A DNA stretch of 64,000 nucleotides, from the NCBI GenBank assembly GCA_951406725.2, contig OX597843.1, forward strand, positions 12,958,001 to 13,022,000. Direction: 5' to 3'. The notes under the pieces are model-generated. The model did not search any database. It was not told where the DNA came from and worked only from the letters and a program-made list of their open reading frames with translations. Position 1 is the stretch's first letter. Each line of letters opens with the position of its first letter. The stretch is from Octopus vulgaris (taxonomy: Eukaryota). The translations under genes and the position numbers were made by a program. Shown here piece by piece: positions 26,998 through 41,700 of the stretch.

Positions 26998-27660
26998 TCA
27001 GAACATTTGAAACAAGGGCTCAAAACGTTTGAAGCAAGGGCTCAAGATGTTTGAAATAGGGGCTCAAAACGTTTGAAATAAGGGCTCGAAATGTTTGAAA
27101 TAAGGGCTCAAAACATTTGAAATAAGGGCTCAAAACGTTTGAAATATGGGTTCAAAACGTTTGAAATAAGGACTCAATAAGTTTGAAATAAAGGCTTGAA
27201 ATGTTTGAAATAAGGACTCAAAACTTTTGAAATAAGGACTCAAAATGTTTGAAACGAGCTCAAAACGTTTGAAATAAGGACTCAAAACTTTTGAAATAAG
27301 GACTCAAAACGTTTGAAATAAGGGCTCGAAACATTTGAAATAAAGACTAAAAACGTTTGAAATAAGGGCTCAAAATGTTTGAAATAAGGACTCAATAAGT
27401 TTGAAATAAGGGCTCGAAATGTTTGAAATAAGGGCTCGAAACGTTTGAAATAAGAACTGAAAATGTTTGAAATAAGGGCTCAAAACGTTTGAAATAAGGG
27501 CTCAAAATGTTTGAAATAAGGGCTCAAAACTTGGACTCAAAACGCTTGAAATAAGGGCTCAAAACTTGGACTCAAAACGTTTGAAATAAGGGCTCAAAAT
27601 GTTTGAAATAAGAGCTAAAAATGTTTGAGGGCTCAAATGTTCGAAACGAGGGGTAACAAA
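26998..27660. repeat. 22-bp minisatellite (AAAACGTTTGAAATAAGGGCTC), about 29 copies
   Basis: Seen directly in the sequence. Confidence 0.92.
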
Positions 27661-27782
27661 AAGTTTGAAAACAAGCATGAATGTTTATTTAGCCCTAACT
27701 TATGATAATGTTTTAGACAGGCAAAGGATAACAAAAACGTAAATGCAGGACAAATTAAAAATCATAAATGAGCAAAACTTAC

Positions 27783-27816
27783 CAGAAAGAATTAACAAGA
27801 AGATATAGGAAACCAT
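27783..27816 (-). CDS. Gene B coding exon 1: start of signal peptide
   Basis: ATCATGG start context. Reads MVSYIFLLILS then G|GTAAGT in phase 1, joining to give MVSYIFLLILSGSILASG. Confidence 0.75.
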
Positions 27817-28117
27817 GATGTCTGTAGATGAAGATCTTTGTCCTTCCTGCTTTCTCTCTGTCTCTTCTTCTTTCTTTATCTCTTTTTCTATCCTCCTCTT
27901 TCTGTTATTCTTCCTCTCTGTCTCTCTACCTCTCTTTTTTCTCTCTCTCTGTACTTCTATGCTCTCTTTTTCTCTCTCCTTCTTTCCTACTATTTTTCTC
28001 TCTCTGTTTCCTCGTTTTCTTCTCCAATTCCTCTTCACTCTTTCTCCTCTCTTCTACTCTCTCTCCCCTCTATCTCTCAACCTCTCTTTCTCTCTCTCTC
28101 TTCCTAATACAATTTAC

Positions 28118-28245
28118 CTATCCTACAGGTGTGTGCTTTCAAGATCTTATATATGGAACAATCTTGCTGCTTGCTGTTTGCTTGGTCGCCTGTTTTGCAC
28201 AGAAATAAAGGCTAATAGTTGGGTTGTGCAGCATTTTATATAAAG
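28118..28245 (-). promoter_or_regulatory. Putative TATA box and non-coding first exon of gene B
   Basis: TATATAAAA on the minus strand near 28233-28242. Unique sequence follows, ending in AG|GTAAAT at 28118/28117. A weak acceptor (catctacag) lies just before the ATG exon, which starts at 27821. Confidence 0.4.
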
Positions 28246-28689
28246 GGGCACGCCCTCCCCCCACCCGGCCCCTTGTTGACCCAGCAGCAGCAGCAGTAGC
28301 ACCACCACCACCACCACCACCACCCTCTCTCTGTATTGTGTCCATTGTCATTGCTGCAAAGATGAAAAGACTGACGAAGTCCCGACCCACCCTCCACCTC
28401 TTGTGGAGGGGAGCGGGCGTGGCAGGGGGATGCGAACAAGGAACTGTGGACATGAAGTGGGGGGGGGGCGACGCTGGGTGGGGTGTGGTGGGGGGAAGAG
28501 GGTTGAGTGGAGAGGAGGGTGGAAGTTGAGGGGCGGGTGGGCGGGCAGGCGAAGTACGGGCAGGGGGTGTGAGAAATGGGGTGACAAATATGCACGGGGG
28601 AGGAGGCAAGAAGTGAAAGGAAAAAAACAGTTGTCGTCATCGTCGTTGTCATCACTGACGTTGTTGTCATTGTCGTCGCTATCGTCAGC

Positions 28690-29700
28690 ACCACATCACC
28701 ACCACCACCACCACCACCATTACAATCATCACCACGACCACGATGACTACCACTATCATCACACTGTCATCATCATTGTTCTACTCCACCTCCTCCCCAT
28801 CATCATCATCACAATCATGATCATGATCACCACCACCACCACCACCACCATCATCATCACTACCACCACCACCACCACCACCACCACCATCATCACCACC
28901 ACCACCACCACCACCATCATCACCACCACCACCACCACCACCACCACCATCATCATCACAACCACCACCACCATCATCATCATCACCACCACCATCATCC
29001 TCGTCATTGTAGCTGTTGTTGTTGCTGTTTGTCCAAATCAATGAGAGATCAAAGGAGTTGGTGACGAAAGAATTGGGGTGGAGCACAGAATTTGCCAAAA
29101 GGGGGTGAAGACGAGGGGGTGGGATGCGGTGCGGTAAGGGCGGGAGTGAGGGAACTGCGTCGTCATTGGTGGCGGTGGTGGCGATGGCGGTGGTGGTGGT
29201 GATGGTGGTGGTGGTGGTGGTGGTGGTGGTGGTGGTGGTGGTGGTGGTGGTGGTGGTGGCGGTGGTGGTGGTGATGGTGGTGGTGGTGGTGATGGTGGTG
29301 GTGGTGGTGGTGGTGGTGGTGGTGGTGATGGTGGTGATGGTGGTGATGGTGGTGGTGGTGGTGGTGATGGTGGTGGTGGTGGTGGTGGTGGTGGTGGTGG
29401 TGGTGGTGGTGGTGGTGGTGATGATGATGGTGGTGGTGGTGGTGGTGGTGGTAGTGATGATGGTGGTGGTGGTGGTGGTGGTGGTAGTGATGGTGGTGGT
29501 GGTGGTGGTGGTAGTGATGATGGTGGTGGTGGTGGTTGTGATGATGATGGTGGTGGTGGTGGTGGTGGTGGTAGTGATGATGGTGGTGGTGGTGGTGGTG
29601 GTGGTAGTGATGATGGTGGTGGTGGTGGTTGTGATGATGATAGTGGTAGTGATGATGGTGGTTGTAGTGATGATGGTGGTGGTGATGGTGGTGGTGAGGA
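28690..29700. repeat. Opposed (CAC/CAT)n and (GGT/GAT)n trinucleotide tracts; one of many microsatellite blocks (also 1-500, 1130-1500, 2270-3180, 5000-6000, 19260-21380, 48480-51920, 57980-58400)
   Basis: Seen directly in the sequence. Confidence 0.95.
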
Positions 29701-29767
29701 GCAAGAAAAGTGCAAGGATTGGCAGACTGACCCTTTTTTTTTGTGTGTTTGTGTGCTTTGTTTGTTT

Positions 29768-32700
29768 GTTTACAGTGTGGCTGTGTGGTCAAAGACACTT
29801 GCTTTGGAGCCACTCGGATGTAAGTTCAATCCCATCGCCCGGCACCTTGGGTGAGTGCCTTCTACTACAACCCTGGGTTGACCAATGCCTTGTGAGTGAA
29901 TTTGGTAGATGGAAACTGTGTGGAAGCCTGCCATGTTTACAGTGTGGCTGTGTGGTCAAAGACACTTGCTTTGGAGCCACTCGGATGTAAGTTCAATCCC
30001 ATCGCCCGGCACCTTGGGTGAGTGCCTTCTACTACAACCCTGGGTTGACCAATGCCTTGTGAGTGAATTTGGTAGATGGAAACTGTGTGGAAGCCTGCCA
30101 TGTTTACAGTGTGGCTGTGTGGTCAAAGACACTTGCTTTGGAGCCACTCGGATGTAAGTTCAATCCCATCGCCCGGCACCTTGGGTGAGTGCCTTCTACT
30201 ACAACCCTGGGTTGACCAATGCCTTGTGAGTGAATTTGGTAGATGGAAACTGTGTGGAAGCCTGCCATGTTTACAGTGTGGCTGTGTGGTCAAAGACACT
30301 TGCTTTGGAGCCACTCGGATGTAAGTTCAATCCCATCGCCCGGCACCTTGGGTGAGTGCCTTCTACTACAACCCTGGGTTGACCAATGCCTTGTGAGTGA
30401 ATTTGGTAGATGGAAACTGTGTGGAAGCCTGCCATGTTTACAGTGTGGCTGTGTGGTCAAAGACACTTGCTTTGGAGCCACTCGGATGTAAGTTCAATCC
30501 CATCGCCCGGCACCTTGGGTGAGTGCCTTCTACTACAACCCTGGGTTGACCAATGCCTTGTGAGTGAATTTGGTAGATGGAAACTGTGTGGAAGCCTGCC
30601 ATGTTTACAGTGTGGCTGTCTGGTCAAAGACACTTGCTTTGGAGCCACTCGGATGTAAGTTCAATCCCATCGCCCGGCACCTTGGGTGAGTGCCTTCTAC
30701 TACAACCCTGGGTTGACCAATGCCTTGTGAGTGAATTTGGTAGATGGAAACTGTGTGGAAGCCTGCCATGTTTACAGTGTGGCTGTCTGGTCAAAGACAC
30801 TTGCTTTGGAGCCACTCGGATGTAAGTTCAATCCCATCGCCCGGCACCTTGGGTGAGTGCCTTCTACTACAACCCTGGGTTGACCAATGCCTTGTGAGTG
30901 AATTTGGTAGATGGAAACTGTGTGGAAGCCTGCCATGTTTACAGTGTGGCTGTGTGGTCAAAGACACTTGCTTTGGAGCCACTCGGATGTAAGTTCAATC
31001 CCATCGCCCGGCACCTTGGGTGAGTGCCTTCTACTACAACCCTGGGTTGACCAATGCCTTGTGAATGAATTTGGTAGATGGAAACTGTGTGGAAGCCTGC
31101 CATGTTTACAGTGTGGCTGTCTGGTCAAAGACACTTGCTTTGGAGCCACTCGGATGTAAGTTCAATCCCATCGCCCGGCACCTTGGGTGAGTGCCTTCTA
31201 CTACAACCCTGGGTTGACCAATGCCTTGTGAGTGAATTTGGTAGATGGAAACTGTGTGGAAGCCTGCCATGTTTACAGTGTGGCTGTCTGGTCAAAGACA
31301 CTTGCTTTGGAGCCACTCGGATGTAAGTTCAATCCCATCGCCCGGCACCTTGGGTGAGTGCCTTCTACTACAACCCTGGGTTGACCAATGCCTTGTGAGT
31401 GAATTTGGTAGATGGAAACTGTGTGGAAGCCTGCCATGTTTACAGTGTGGCTGTCTGGTCAAAGACACTTGCTTTGGAGCCACTCGGATGTAAGTTCAAT
31501 CCCATCGCCCGGCACCTTGGGTGAGTGCCTTCTACTACAACCCTGGGTTGACCAATGCCTTGTGAGTGAATTTGGTAGATGGAAACTGTGTGGAAGCCTG
31601 CCATGTTTACAGTGTGGCTGTCTGGTCAAAGACACTTGCTTTGGAGCCACTCGGATGTAAGTTCAATCCCATCGCCCGGCACCTTGGGTGAGTGCCTTCT
31701 ACTACAACCCTGGGTTGACCAATGCCTTGTGAGTGAATTTGGTAGATGGAAACTGTGTGGAAGCCTGCCATGTTTACAGTGTGGCTGTCTGGTCAAAGAC
31801 ACTTGCTTTGGAGCCACTCGGATGTAAGTTCAATCCCATCGCCCGGCACCTTGGGTGAGTGCCTTCTACTACAACCCTGGGTTGACCAATGCCTTGTGAG
31901 TGAATTTGGTAGATGGAAACTGTGTGGAAGCCTGCCATGTTTACAGTGTGGCTGTCTGGTCAAAGACACTTGCTTTGGAGCCACTCGGATGTAAGTTCAA
32001 TCCCATCGCCCGGCACCTTGGGTGAGTGCCTTCTACTACAACCCTGGGTTGACCAATGCCTTGTGAGTGAATTTGGTAGATGGAAACTGTGTGGAAGCCT
32101 GCCATGTTTACAGTGTGGCTGTCTGGTCAAAGACACTTGCTTTGGAGCCACTCGGATGTAAGTTCAATCCCATCGCCCGGCACCTTGGGTGAGTGCCTTC
32201 TACTACAACCCTGGGTTGACCAATGCCTTGTGAGTGTGAATTGGTCAAAGACACTTGTAGATGGAAACTGTGTGGAAGCCTGCCATGTTTACAGTGTGGC
32301 TGTGTGGTCAAGGTGGCTGTCTGGCGACACTTGCTTTGGAGCCACTCGGATGTAAGTTCAATCCCATCGCCCGGCACCTTGGGTGAGTGCCTTCTACTAC
32401 AACCCTGGGTTGACCAATGCCTTGTGAGTGAATTTGGTAGATGGAAACTGTGTGGAAGCCTGCCATGTTTACAGTGTGGCTGTCTGGTCAAAGACACTTG
32501 CTTTGGAGCCACTCGGATGTAAGTTCAATCCCATCGCCCGGCACCTTGGGTGAGTGCCTTCTACTACAACCCTGGGTTGACCAATGCCTTGTGAGTGAAT
32601 TTGGTAGATGGAAACTGTGTGGAAGCCTGCCATGTTTACAGTGTGGCTGTCTGGTCAAAGACACTTGCTTTGGAGCCACTCGGATGTAAGTTCAATCCCA

Positions 32701-35700
32701 TCGCCCGGCACCTTGGGTGAGTGCCTTCTACTACAACCCTGGGTTGACCAATGCCTTGTGAGTGAATTTGGTAGATGGAAACTGTGTGGAAGCCTGCCAT
32801 GTTTACAGTGTGGCTGTCTGGTCAAAGACACTTGCTTTGGAGCCACTCGGATGTAAGTTCAATCCCATCGCCCGGCACCTTGGGTGAGTGCCTTCTACTA
32901 CAACCCTGGGTTGACCAATGCCTTGTGATGAATTTGGTAGATGGAAACTGTGTGGAAGCCTGCCATGTTTACAGTGTGGCTGTCTGGTCAAAGACACTTG
33001 CTTTGGAGCCACTCGGATGTAAGTTCAATCCCATCGCCCGGCACCTTGGGTGAGTGCCTTCTACTACAACCCTGGGTTGACCAATGCCTTGTGAGTGAAT
33101 TTGGTAGATGGAAACTGTGTGGAAGCCTGCCATGTTTACAGTGTGGCTGTCTGGTCAAAGACACTTGCTTTGGAGCCACTCGGATGTAAGTTCAATCCCA
33201 TCGCCCGGCACCTTGGGTGAGTGCCTTCTACTACAACCCTGGGTTGACCAATGCCTTGTGAGTGAATTTGGTAGATGGAAACTGTGTGGAAGCCTGCCAT
33301 GTTTACAGTGTGGCTGTCTGGTCAAAGACACTTGCTTTGGAGCCACTCGGATGTAAGTTCAATCCCATCGCCCGGCACCTTGGGTGAGTGCCTTCTACTA
33401 CAACCCTGGGTTGACCAATGCCTTGTGAATGAATTTGGTAGATGGAAACTGTGTGGAAGCCTGCCATGTTTACAGTGTGGCTGTCTGGTCAAAGACACTT
33501 GCTTTGGAGCCACTCGGATGTAAGTTCAATCCCATCGCCCGGCACCTTGGGTGAGTGCCTTCTACTACAACCCTGGGTTGACCAATGCCTTGTGAATGAA
33601 TTTGGTAGATGGAAACTGTGTGGAAGCCTGCCATGTTTACAGTGTGGCTGTCTGGTCAAAGACACTTGCTTTGGAGCCACTCGGATGTAAGTTCAATCCC
33701 ATCGCCCGGCACCTTGGGTGAGTGCCTTCTACTACAACCCTGGGTTGACCAATGCCTTGTGAGTGAATTTGGTAGATGGAAACTGTGTGGAAGCCTGCCA
33801 TGTTTACAGTGTGGCTGTCTGGTCAAAGACACTTGCTTTGGAGCCACTCGGATGTAAGTTCAATCCCATCGCCCGGCACCTTGGGTGAGTGCCTTCTACT
33901 ACAACCCTGGGTTGACCAATGCCTTGTGAGTGAATTTGGTAGATGGAAACTGTGTGGAAGCCTGCCATGTTTACAGTGTGGCTGTCTGGTCAAAGACACT
34001 TGCTTTGGAGCCACTCGGATGTAAGTTCAATCCCATCGCCCGGCACCTTGGGTGAGTGCCTTCTACTACAACCCTGGGTTGACCAATGCCTTGTGAGTGA
34101 ATTTGGTAGATGGAAACTGTGTGGAAGCCTGCCATGTTTACAGTGTGGCTGTCTGGTCAAAGACACTTGCTTTGGAGCCACTCGGATGTAAGTTCAATCC
34201 CATCGCCCGGCACCTTGGGTGAGTGCCTTCTACTACAACCCTGGGTTGACCAATGCCTTGTGAGTGAATTTGGTAGATGGAAACTGTGTGGAAGCCTGCC
34301 ATGTTTACAGTGTGGCTGTCTGGTCAAAGACACTTGCTTTGGAGCCACTCGGATGTAAGTTCAATCCCATCGCCCGGCACCTTGGGTGAGTGCCTTCTAC
34401 TACAACCCTGGGTTGACCAATGCCTTGTGAGTGAATTTGGTAGATGGAAACTGTGTGGAAGCCTGCCATGTTTACAGTGTGGCTGTCTGGTCAAAGACAC
34501 TTGCTTTGGAGCCACTCGGATGTAAGTTCAATCCCATCGCCCGGCACCTTGGGTGAGTGCCTTCTACTACAACCCTGGGTTGACCAATGCCTTGTGAGTG
34601 AATTTGGTAGATGGAAACTGTGTGGAAGCCTGCCATGTTTACAGTGTGGCTGTCTGGTCAAAGACACTTGCTTTGGAGCCACTCGGATGTAAGTTCAATC
34701 CCATCGCCCGGCACCTTGGGTGAGTGCCTTCTACTACAACCCTGGGTTGACCAATGCCTTGTGAGTGAATTTGGTAGATGGAAACTGTGTGGAAGCCTGC
34801 CATGTTTACAGTGTGGCTGTCTGGTCAAAGACACTTGCTTTGGAGCCACTCGGATGTAAGTTCAATCCCATCGCCCGGCACCTTGGGTGAGTGCCTTCTA
34901 CTACAACCCTGGGTTGACCAATGCCTTGTGAGTGAATTTGGTAGATGGAAACTGTGTGGAAGCCTGCCATGTTTACAGTGTGGCTGTCTGGTCAAAGACA
35001 CTTGCTTTGGAGCCACTCGGATGTAAGTTCAATCCCATCGCCCGGCACCTTGGGTGAGTGCCTTCTACTACAACCCTGGGTTGACCAATGCCTTGTGAGT
35101 GAATTTGGTAGATGGAAACTGTGTGGAAGCCTGCCATGTTTACAGTGTGGCTGTCTGGTCAAAGACACTTGCTTTGGAGCCACTCGGATGTAAGTTCAAT
35201 CCCATCGCCCGGCACCTTGGGTGAGTGCCTTCTACTACAACCCTGGGTTGACCAATGCCTTGTGAGTGAATTTGGTAGATGGAAACTGTGTGGAAGCCTG
35301 CCATGTTTACAGTGTGGCTGTCTGGTCAAAGACACTTGCTTTGGAGCCACTCGGATGTAAGTTCAATCCCATCGCCCGGCACCTTGGGTGAGTGCCTTCT
35401 ACTACAACCCTGGGTTGACCAATGCCTTGTGAGTGAATTTGGTAGATGGAAACTGTGTGGAAGCCTGCCATGTTTACAGTGTGGCTGTCTGGTCAAAGAC
35501 ACTTGCTTTGGAGCCACTCGGATGTAAGTTCAATCCCATCGCCCGGCACCTTGGGTGAGTGCCTTCTACTACAACCCTGGGTTGACCAATGCCTTGTGAG
35601 TGAATTTGGTAGATGGAAACTGTGTGGAAGCCTGCCATGTTTACAGTGTGGCTGTCTGGTCAAAGACACTTGCTTTGGAGCCACTCGGATGTAAGTTCAA

Positions 35701-38700
35701 TCCCATCGCCCGGCACCTTGGGTGAGTGCCTTCTACTACAACCCTGGGTTGACCAATGCCTTGTGAGTGAATTTGGTAGATGGAAACTGTGTGGAAGCCT
35801 GCCATGTTTACAGTGTGGCTGTCTGGTCAAAGACACTTGCTTTGGAGCCACTCGGATGTAAGTTCAATCCCATCGCCCGGCACCTTGGGTGAGTGCCTTC
35901 TACTACAACCCTGGGTTGACCAATGCCTTGTGAGTGAATTTGGTAGATGGAAACTGTGTGGAAGCCTGCCATGTTTACAGTGTGGCTGTCTGGTCAAAGA
36001 CACTTGCTTTGGAGCCACTCGGATGTAAGTTCAATCCCATCGCCCGGCACCTTGGGTGAGTGCCTTCTACTACAACCCTGGGTTGACCAATGCCTTGTGA
36101 GTGAATTTGGTAGATGGAAACTGTGTGGAAGCCTGCCATGTTTACAGTGTGGCTGTCTGGTCAAAGACACTTGCTTTGGAGCCACTCGGATGTAAGTTCA
36201 ATCCCATCGCCCGGCACCTTGGGTGAGTGCCTTCTACTACAACCCTGGGTTGACCAATGCCTTGTGAGTGAATTTGGTAGATGGAAACTGTGTGGAAGCC
36301 TGCCATGTTTACAGTGTGGCTGTCTGGTCAAAGACACTTGCTTTGGAGCCACTCGGATGTAAGTTCAATCCCATCGCCCGGCACCTTGGGTGAGTGCCTT
36401 CTACTACAACCCTGGGTTGACCAATGCCTTGTGAGTGAATTTGGTAGATGGAAACTGTGTGGAAGCCTGCCATGTTTACAGTGTGGCTGTCTGGTCAAAG
36501 ACACTTGCTTTGGAGCCACTCGGATGTAAGTTCAATCCCATCGCCCGGCACCTTGGGTGAGTGCCTTCTACTACAACCCTGGGTTGACCAATGCCTTGTG
36601 AGTGAATTTGGTAGATGGAAACTGTGTGGAAGCCTGCCATGTTTACAGTGTGGCTGTCTGGTCAAAGACACTTGCTTTGGAGCCACTCGGATGTAAGTTC
36701 AATCCCATCGCCCGGCACCTTGGGTGAGTGCCTTCTACTACAACCCTGGGTTGACCAATGCCTTGTGAGTGAATTTGGTAGATGGAAACTGTGTGGAAGC
36801 CTGCCATGTTTACAGTGTGGCTGTCTGGTCAAAGACACTTGCTTTGGAGCCACTCGGATGTAAGTTCAATCCCATCGCCCGGCACCTTGGGTGAGTGCCT
36901 TCTACTACAACCCTGGGTTGACCAATGCCTTGTGAGTGAATTTGGTAGATGGAAACTGTGTGGAAGCCTGCCATGTTTACAGTGTGGCTGTCTGGTCAAA
37001 GACACTTGCTTTGGAGCCACTCGGATGTAAGTTCAATCCCATCGCCCGGCACCTTGGGTGAGTGCCTTCTACTACAACCCTGGGTTGACCAATGCCTTGT
37101 GAATGAATTTGGTAGATGGAAACTGTGTGGAAGCCTGCCATGTTTACAGTGTGGCTGTCTGGTCAAAGACACTTGCTTTGGAGCCACTCGGATGTAAGTT
37201 CAATCCCATCGCCCGGCACCTTGGGTGAGTGCCTTCTACTACAACCCTGGGTTGACCAATGCCTTGTGAGTGAATTTGGTAGATGGAAACTGTGTGGAAG
37301 CCTGCCATGTTTACAGTGTGGCTGTCTGGTCAAAGACACTTGCTTTGGAGCCACTCGGATGTAAGTTCAATCCCATCGCCCGGCACCTTGGGTGAGTGCC
37401 TTCTACTACAACCCTGGGTTGACCAATGCCTTGTGAGTGAATTTGGTAGATGGAAACTGTGTGGAAGCCTGCCATGTTTACAGTGTGGCTGTCTGGTCAA
37501 AGACACTTGCTTTGGAGCCACTCGGATGTAAGTTCAATCCCATCGCCCGGCACCTTGGGTGAGTGCCTTCTACTACAACCCTGGGTTGACCAATGCCTTG
37601 TGAGTGAATTTGGTAGATGGAAACTGTGTGGAAGCCTGCCATGTTTACAGTGTGGCTGTCTGGTCAAAGACACTTGCTTTGGAGCCACTCGGATGTAAGT
37701 TCAATCCCATCGCCCGGCACCTTGGGTGAGTGCCTTCTACTACAACCCTGGGTTGACCAATGCCTTGTGAGTGAATTTGGTAGATGGAAACTGTGTGGAA
37801 GCCTGCCATGTTTACAGTGTGGCTGTCTGGTCAAAGACACTTGCTTTGGAGCCACTCGGATGTAAGTTCAATCCCATCGCCCGGCACCTTGGGTGAGTGC
37901 CTTCTACTACAACCCTGGGTTGACCAATGCCTTGTGAGTGAATTTGGTAGATGGAAACTGTGTGGAAGCCTGCCATGTTTACAGTGTGGCTGTCTGGTCA
38001 AAGACACTTGCTTTGGAGCCACTCGGATGTAAGTTCAATCCCATCGCCCGGCACCTTGGGTGAGTGCCTTCTACTACAACCCTGGGTTGACCAATGCCTT
38101 GTGAATGAATTTGGTAGATGGAAACTGTGTGGAAGCCTGCCATGTTTACAGTGTGGCTGTCTGGTCAAAGACACTTGCTTTGGAGCCACTCGGATGTAAG
38201 TTCAATCCCATCGCCCGGCACCTTGGGTGAGTGCCTTCTACTACAACCCTGGGTTGACCAATGCCTTGTGAGTGAATTTGGTAGATGGAAACTGTGTGGA
38301 AGCCTGCCATGTTTACAGTGTGGCTGTCTGGTCAAAGACACTTGCTTTGGAGCCACTCGGATGTAAGTTCAATCCCATCGCCCGGCACCTTGGGTGAGTG
38401 CCTTCTACTACAACCCTGGGTTGACCAATGCCTTGTGAGTGAATTTGGTAGATGGAAACTGTGTGGAAGCCTGCCATGTTTACAGTGTGGCTGTCTGGTC
38501 AAAGACACTTGCTTTGGAGCCACTCGGATGTAAGTTCAATCCCATCGCCCGGCACCTTGGGTGAGTGCCTTCTACTACAACCCTGGGTTGACCAATGCCT
38601 TGTGAGTGAATTTGGTAGATGGAAACTGTGTGGAAGCCTGCCATGTTTACAGTGTGGCTGTCTGGTCAAAGACACTTGCTTTGGAGCCACTCGGATGTAA

Positions 38701-41700
38701 GTTCAATCCCATCGCCCGGCACCTTGGGTGAGTGCCTTCTACTACAACCCTGGGTTGACCAATGCCTTGTGAGTGAATTTGGTAGATGGAAACTGTGTGG
38801 AAGCCTGCCATGTTTACAGTGTGGCTGTCTGGTCAAAGACACTTGCTTTGGAGCCACTCGGATGTAAGTTCAATCCCATCGCCCGGCACCTTGGGTGAGT
38901 GCCTTCTACTACAACCCTGGGTTGACCAATGCCTTGTGAGTGAATTTGGTAGATGGAAACTGTGTGGAAGCCTGCCATGTTTACAGTGTGGCTGTCTGGT
39001 CAAAGACACTTGCTTTGGAGCCACTCGGATGTAAGTTCAATCCCATCGCCCGGCACCTTGGGTGAGTGCCTTCTACTACAACCCTGGGTTGACCAATGCC
39101 TTGTGAGTGAATTTGGTAGATGGAAACTGTGTGGAAGCCTGCCATGTTTACAGTGTGGCTGTCTGGTCAAAGACACTTGCTTTGGAGCCACTCGGATGTA
39201 AGTTCAATCCCATCGCCCGGCACCTTGGGTGAGTGCCTTCTACTACAACCCTGGGTTGACCAATGCCTTGTGAGTGAATTTGGTAGATGGAAACTGTGTG
39301 GAAGCCTGCCATGTTTACAGTGTGGCTGTCTGGTCAAAGACACTTGCTTTGGAGCCACTCGGATGTAAGTTCAATCCCATCGCCCGGCACCTTGGGTGAG
39401 TGCCTTCTACTACAACCCTGGGTTGACCAATGCCTTGTGAGTGAATTTGGTAGATGGAAACTGTGTGGAAGCCTGCCATGTTTACAGTGTGGCTGTCTGG
39501 TCAAAGACACTTGCTTTGGAGCCACTCGGATGTAAGTTCAATCCCATCGCCCGGCACCTTGGGTGAGTGCCTTCTACTACAACCCTGGGTTGACCAATGC
39601 CTTGTGAATGAATTTGGTAGATGGAAACTGTGTGGAAGCCTGCCATGTTTACAGTGTGGCTGTCTGGTCAAAGACACTTGCTTTGGAGCCACTCGGATGT
39701 AAGTTCAATCCCATCGCCCGGCACCTTGGGTGAGTGCCTTCTACTACACCCTGGGTTGACCAATGCCTTGTGAGTGAATTTGGTAGATGGAAACTGTGTG
39801 GAAGCCTGCCATGTTTACAGTGTGGCTGTCTGGTCAAAGACACTTGCTTTGGAGCCACTCGGATGTAAGTTCAATCCCATCGCCCGGCACCTTGGGTGAG
39901 TGCCTTCTACTACAACCCTGGGTTGACCAATGCCTTGTGAAGTGAATTTGGTAGATGGAAACTGTGTGGAAGCCTGCCATGTTTACAGTGTGGCTGTCTG
40001 GTCAAAGACACTTGCTTTGGAGCCACTCGGATGTAAGTTCAATCCCATCGCCCGGCACCTTGGGTGAGTGCCTTCTACTACAACCCTGGGTTGACCAATG
40101 CCTTGTGAGTGAATTTGGTAGATGGAAACTGTGTGGAAGCCTGCCATGTTTACAGTGTGGCTGTCTGGTCAAAGACACTTGCTTTGGAGCCACTCGGATG
40201 TAAGTTCAATCCCATCGCCCGGCACCTTGGGTGAGTGCCTTCTACTACAACCCTGGGTTGACCAATGCCTTGTGAGTGAATTTGGTAGATGGAAACTGTG
40301 TGGAAGCCTGCCATGTTTACAGTGTGGCTGTCTGGTCAAAGACACTTGCTTTGGAGCCACTCGGATGTAAGTTCAATCCCATCGCCCGGCACCTTGGGTG
40401 AGTGCCTTCTACTACAACCCTGGGTTGACCAATGCCTTGTGAGTGAATTTGGTAGATGGAAACTGTGTGGAAGCCTGCCATGTTTACAGTGTGGCTGTCT
40501 GGTCAAAGACACTTGCTTTGGAGCCACTCGGATGTAAGTTCAATCCCATCGCCCGGCACCTTGGGTGAGTGCCTTCTACTACAACCCTGGGTTGACCAAT
40601 GCCTTGTGAGTGAATTTGGTAGATGGAAACTGTGTGGAAGCCTGCCATGTTTACAGTGTGGCTGTCTGGTCAAAGACACTTGCTTTGGAGCCACTCGGAT
40701 GTAAGTTCAATCCCATCGCCCGGCACCTTGGGTGAGTGCCTTCTACTACAACCCTGGGTTGACCAATGCCTTGTGAGTGAATTTGGTAGATGGAAACTGT
40801 GTGGAAGCCTGCCATGTTTACAGTGTGGCTGTCTGGTCAAAGACACTTGCTTTGGAGCCACTCGGATGTAAGTTCAATCCCATCGCCCGGCACCTTGGGT
40901 GAGTGCCTTCTACTACAACCCTGGGTTGACCAATGCCTTGTGAATGAATTTGGTAGATGGAAACTGTGTGGAAGCCTGCCATGTTTACAGTGTGGCTGTC
41001 TGGTCAAAGACACTTGCTTTGGAGCCACTCGGATGTAAGTTCAATCCCATCGCCCGGCACCTTGGGTGAGTGCCTTCTACTACAACCCTGGGTTGACCAA
41101 TGCCTTGTGAGTGAATTTGGTAGATGGAAACTGTGTGGAAGCCTGCCATGTTTACAGTGTGGCTGTCTGGTCAAAGACACTTGCTTTGGAGCCACTCGGA
41201 TGTAAGTTCAATCCCATCGCCCGGCACCTTGGGTGAGTGCCTTCTACTACAACCCTGGGTTGACCAATGCCTTGTGAGTGAATTTGGTAGATGGAAACTG
41301 TGTGGAAGCCTGCCATGTTTACAGTGTGGCTGTGTGGTCAAAGACACTTGCTTTGGAGCCACTCGGATGTAAGTTCAATCCCATCGCCCGGCACCTTGGG
41401 TGAGTGCCTTCTACTACAACCCTGGGTTGACCAATGCCTTGTGAGTGAATTTGGTAGATGGAAACTGTGTGGAAGCCTGCCATGTTTACAGTGTGGCTGT
41501 CTGGTCAAAGACACTTGCTTTGGAGCCACTCGGATGTAAGTTCAATCCCATCGCCCGGCACCTTGGGTGAGTGCCTTCTACTACAACCCTGGGTTGACCA
41601 ATGCCTTGTGAGTGAATTTGGTAGATGGAAACTGTGTGGAAGCCTGCCATGTTTACAGTGTGGCTGTCTGGTCAAAGACACTTGCTTTGGAGCCACTCGG

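Noticed and set aside
32225-32335. Irregular satellite unit with short internal duplications
   Set aside because: It looks like a consensus or polishing error, as do the isolated 1-2 bp indels in the array. It cannot be judged without reads.
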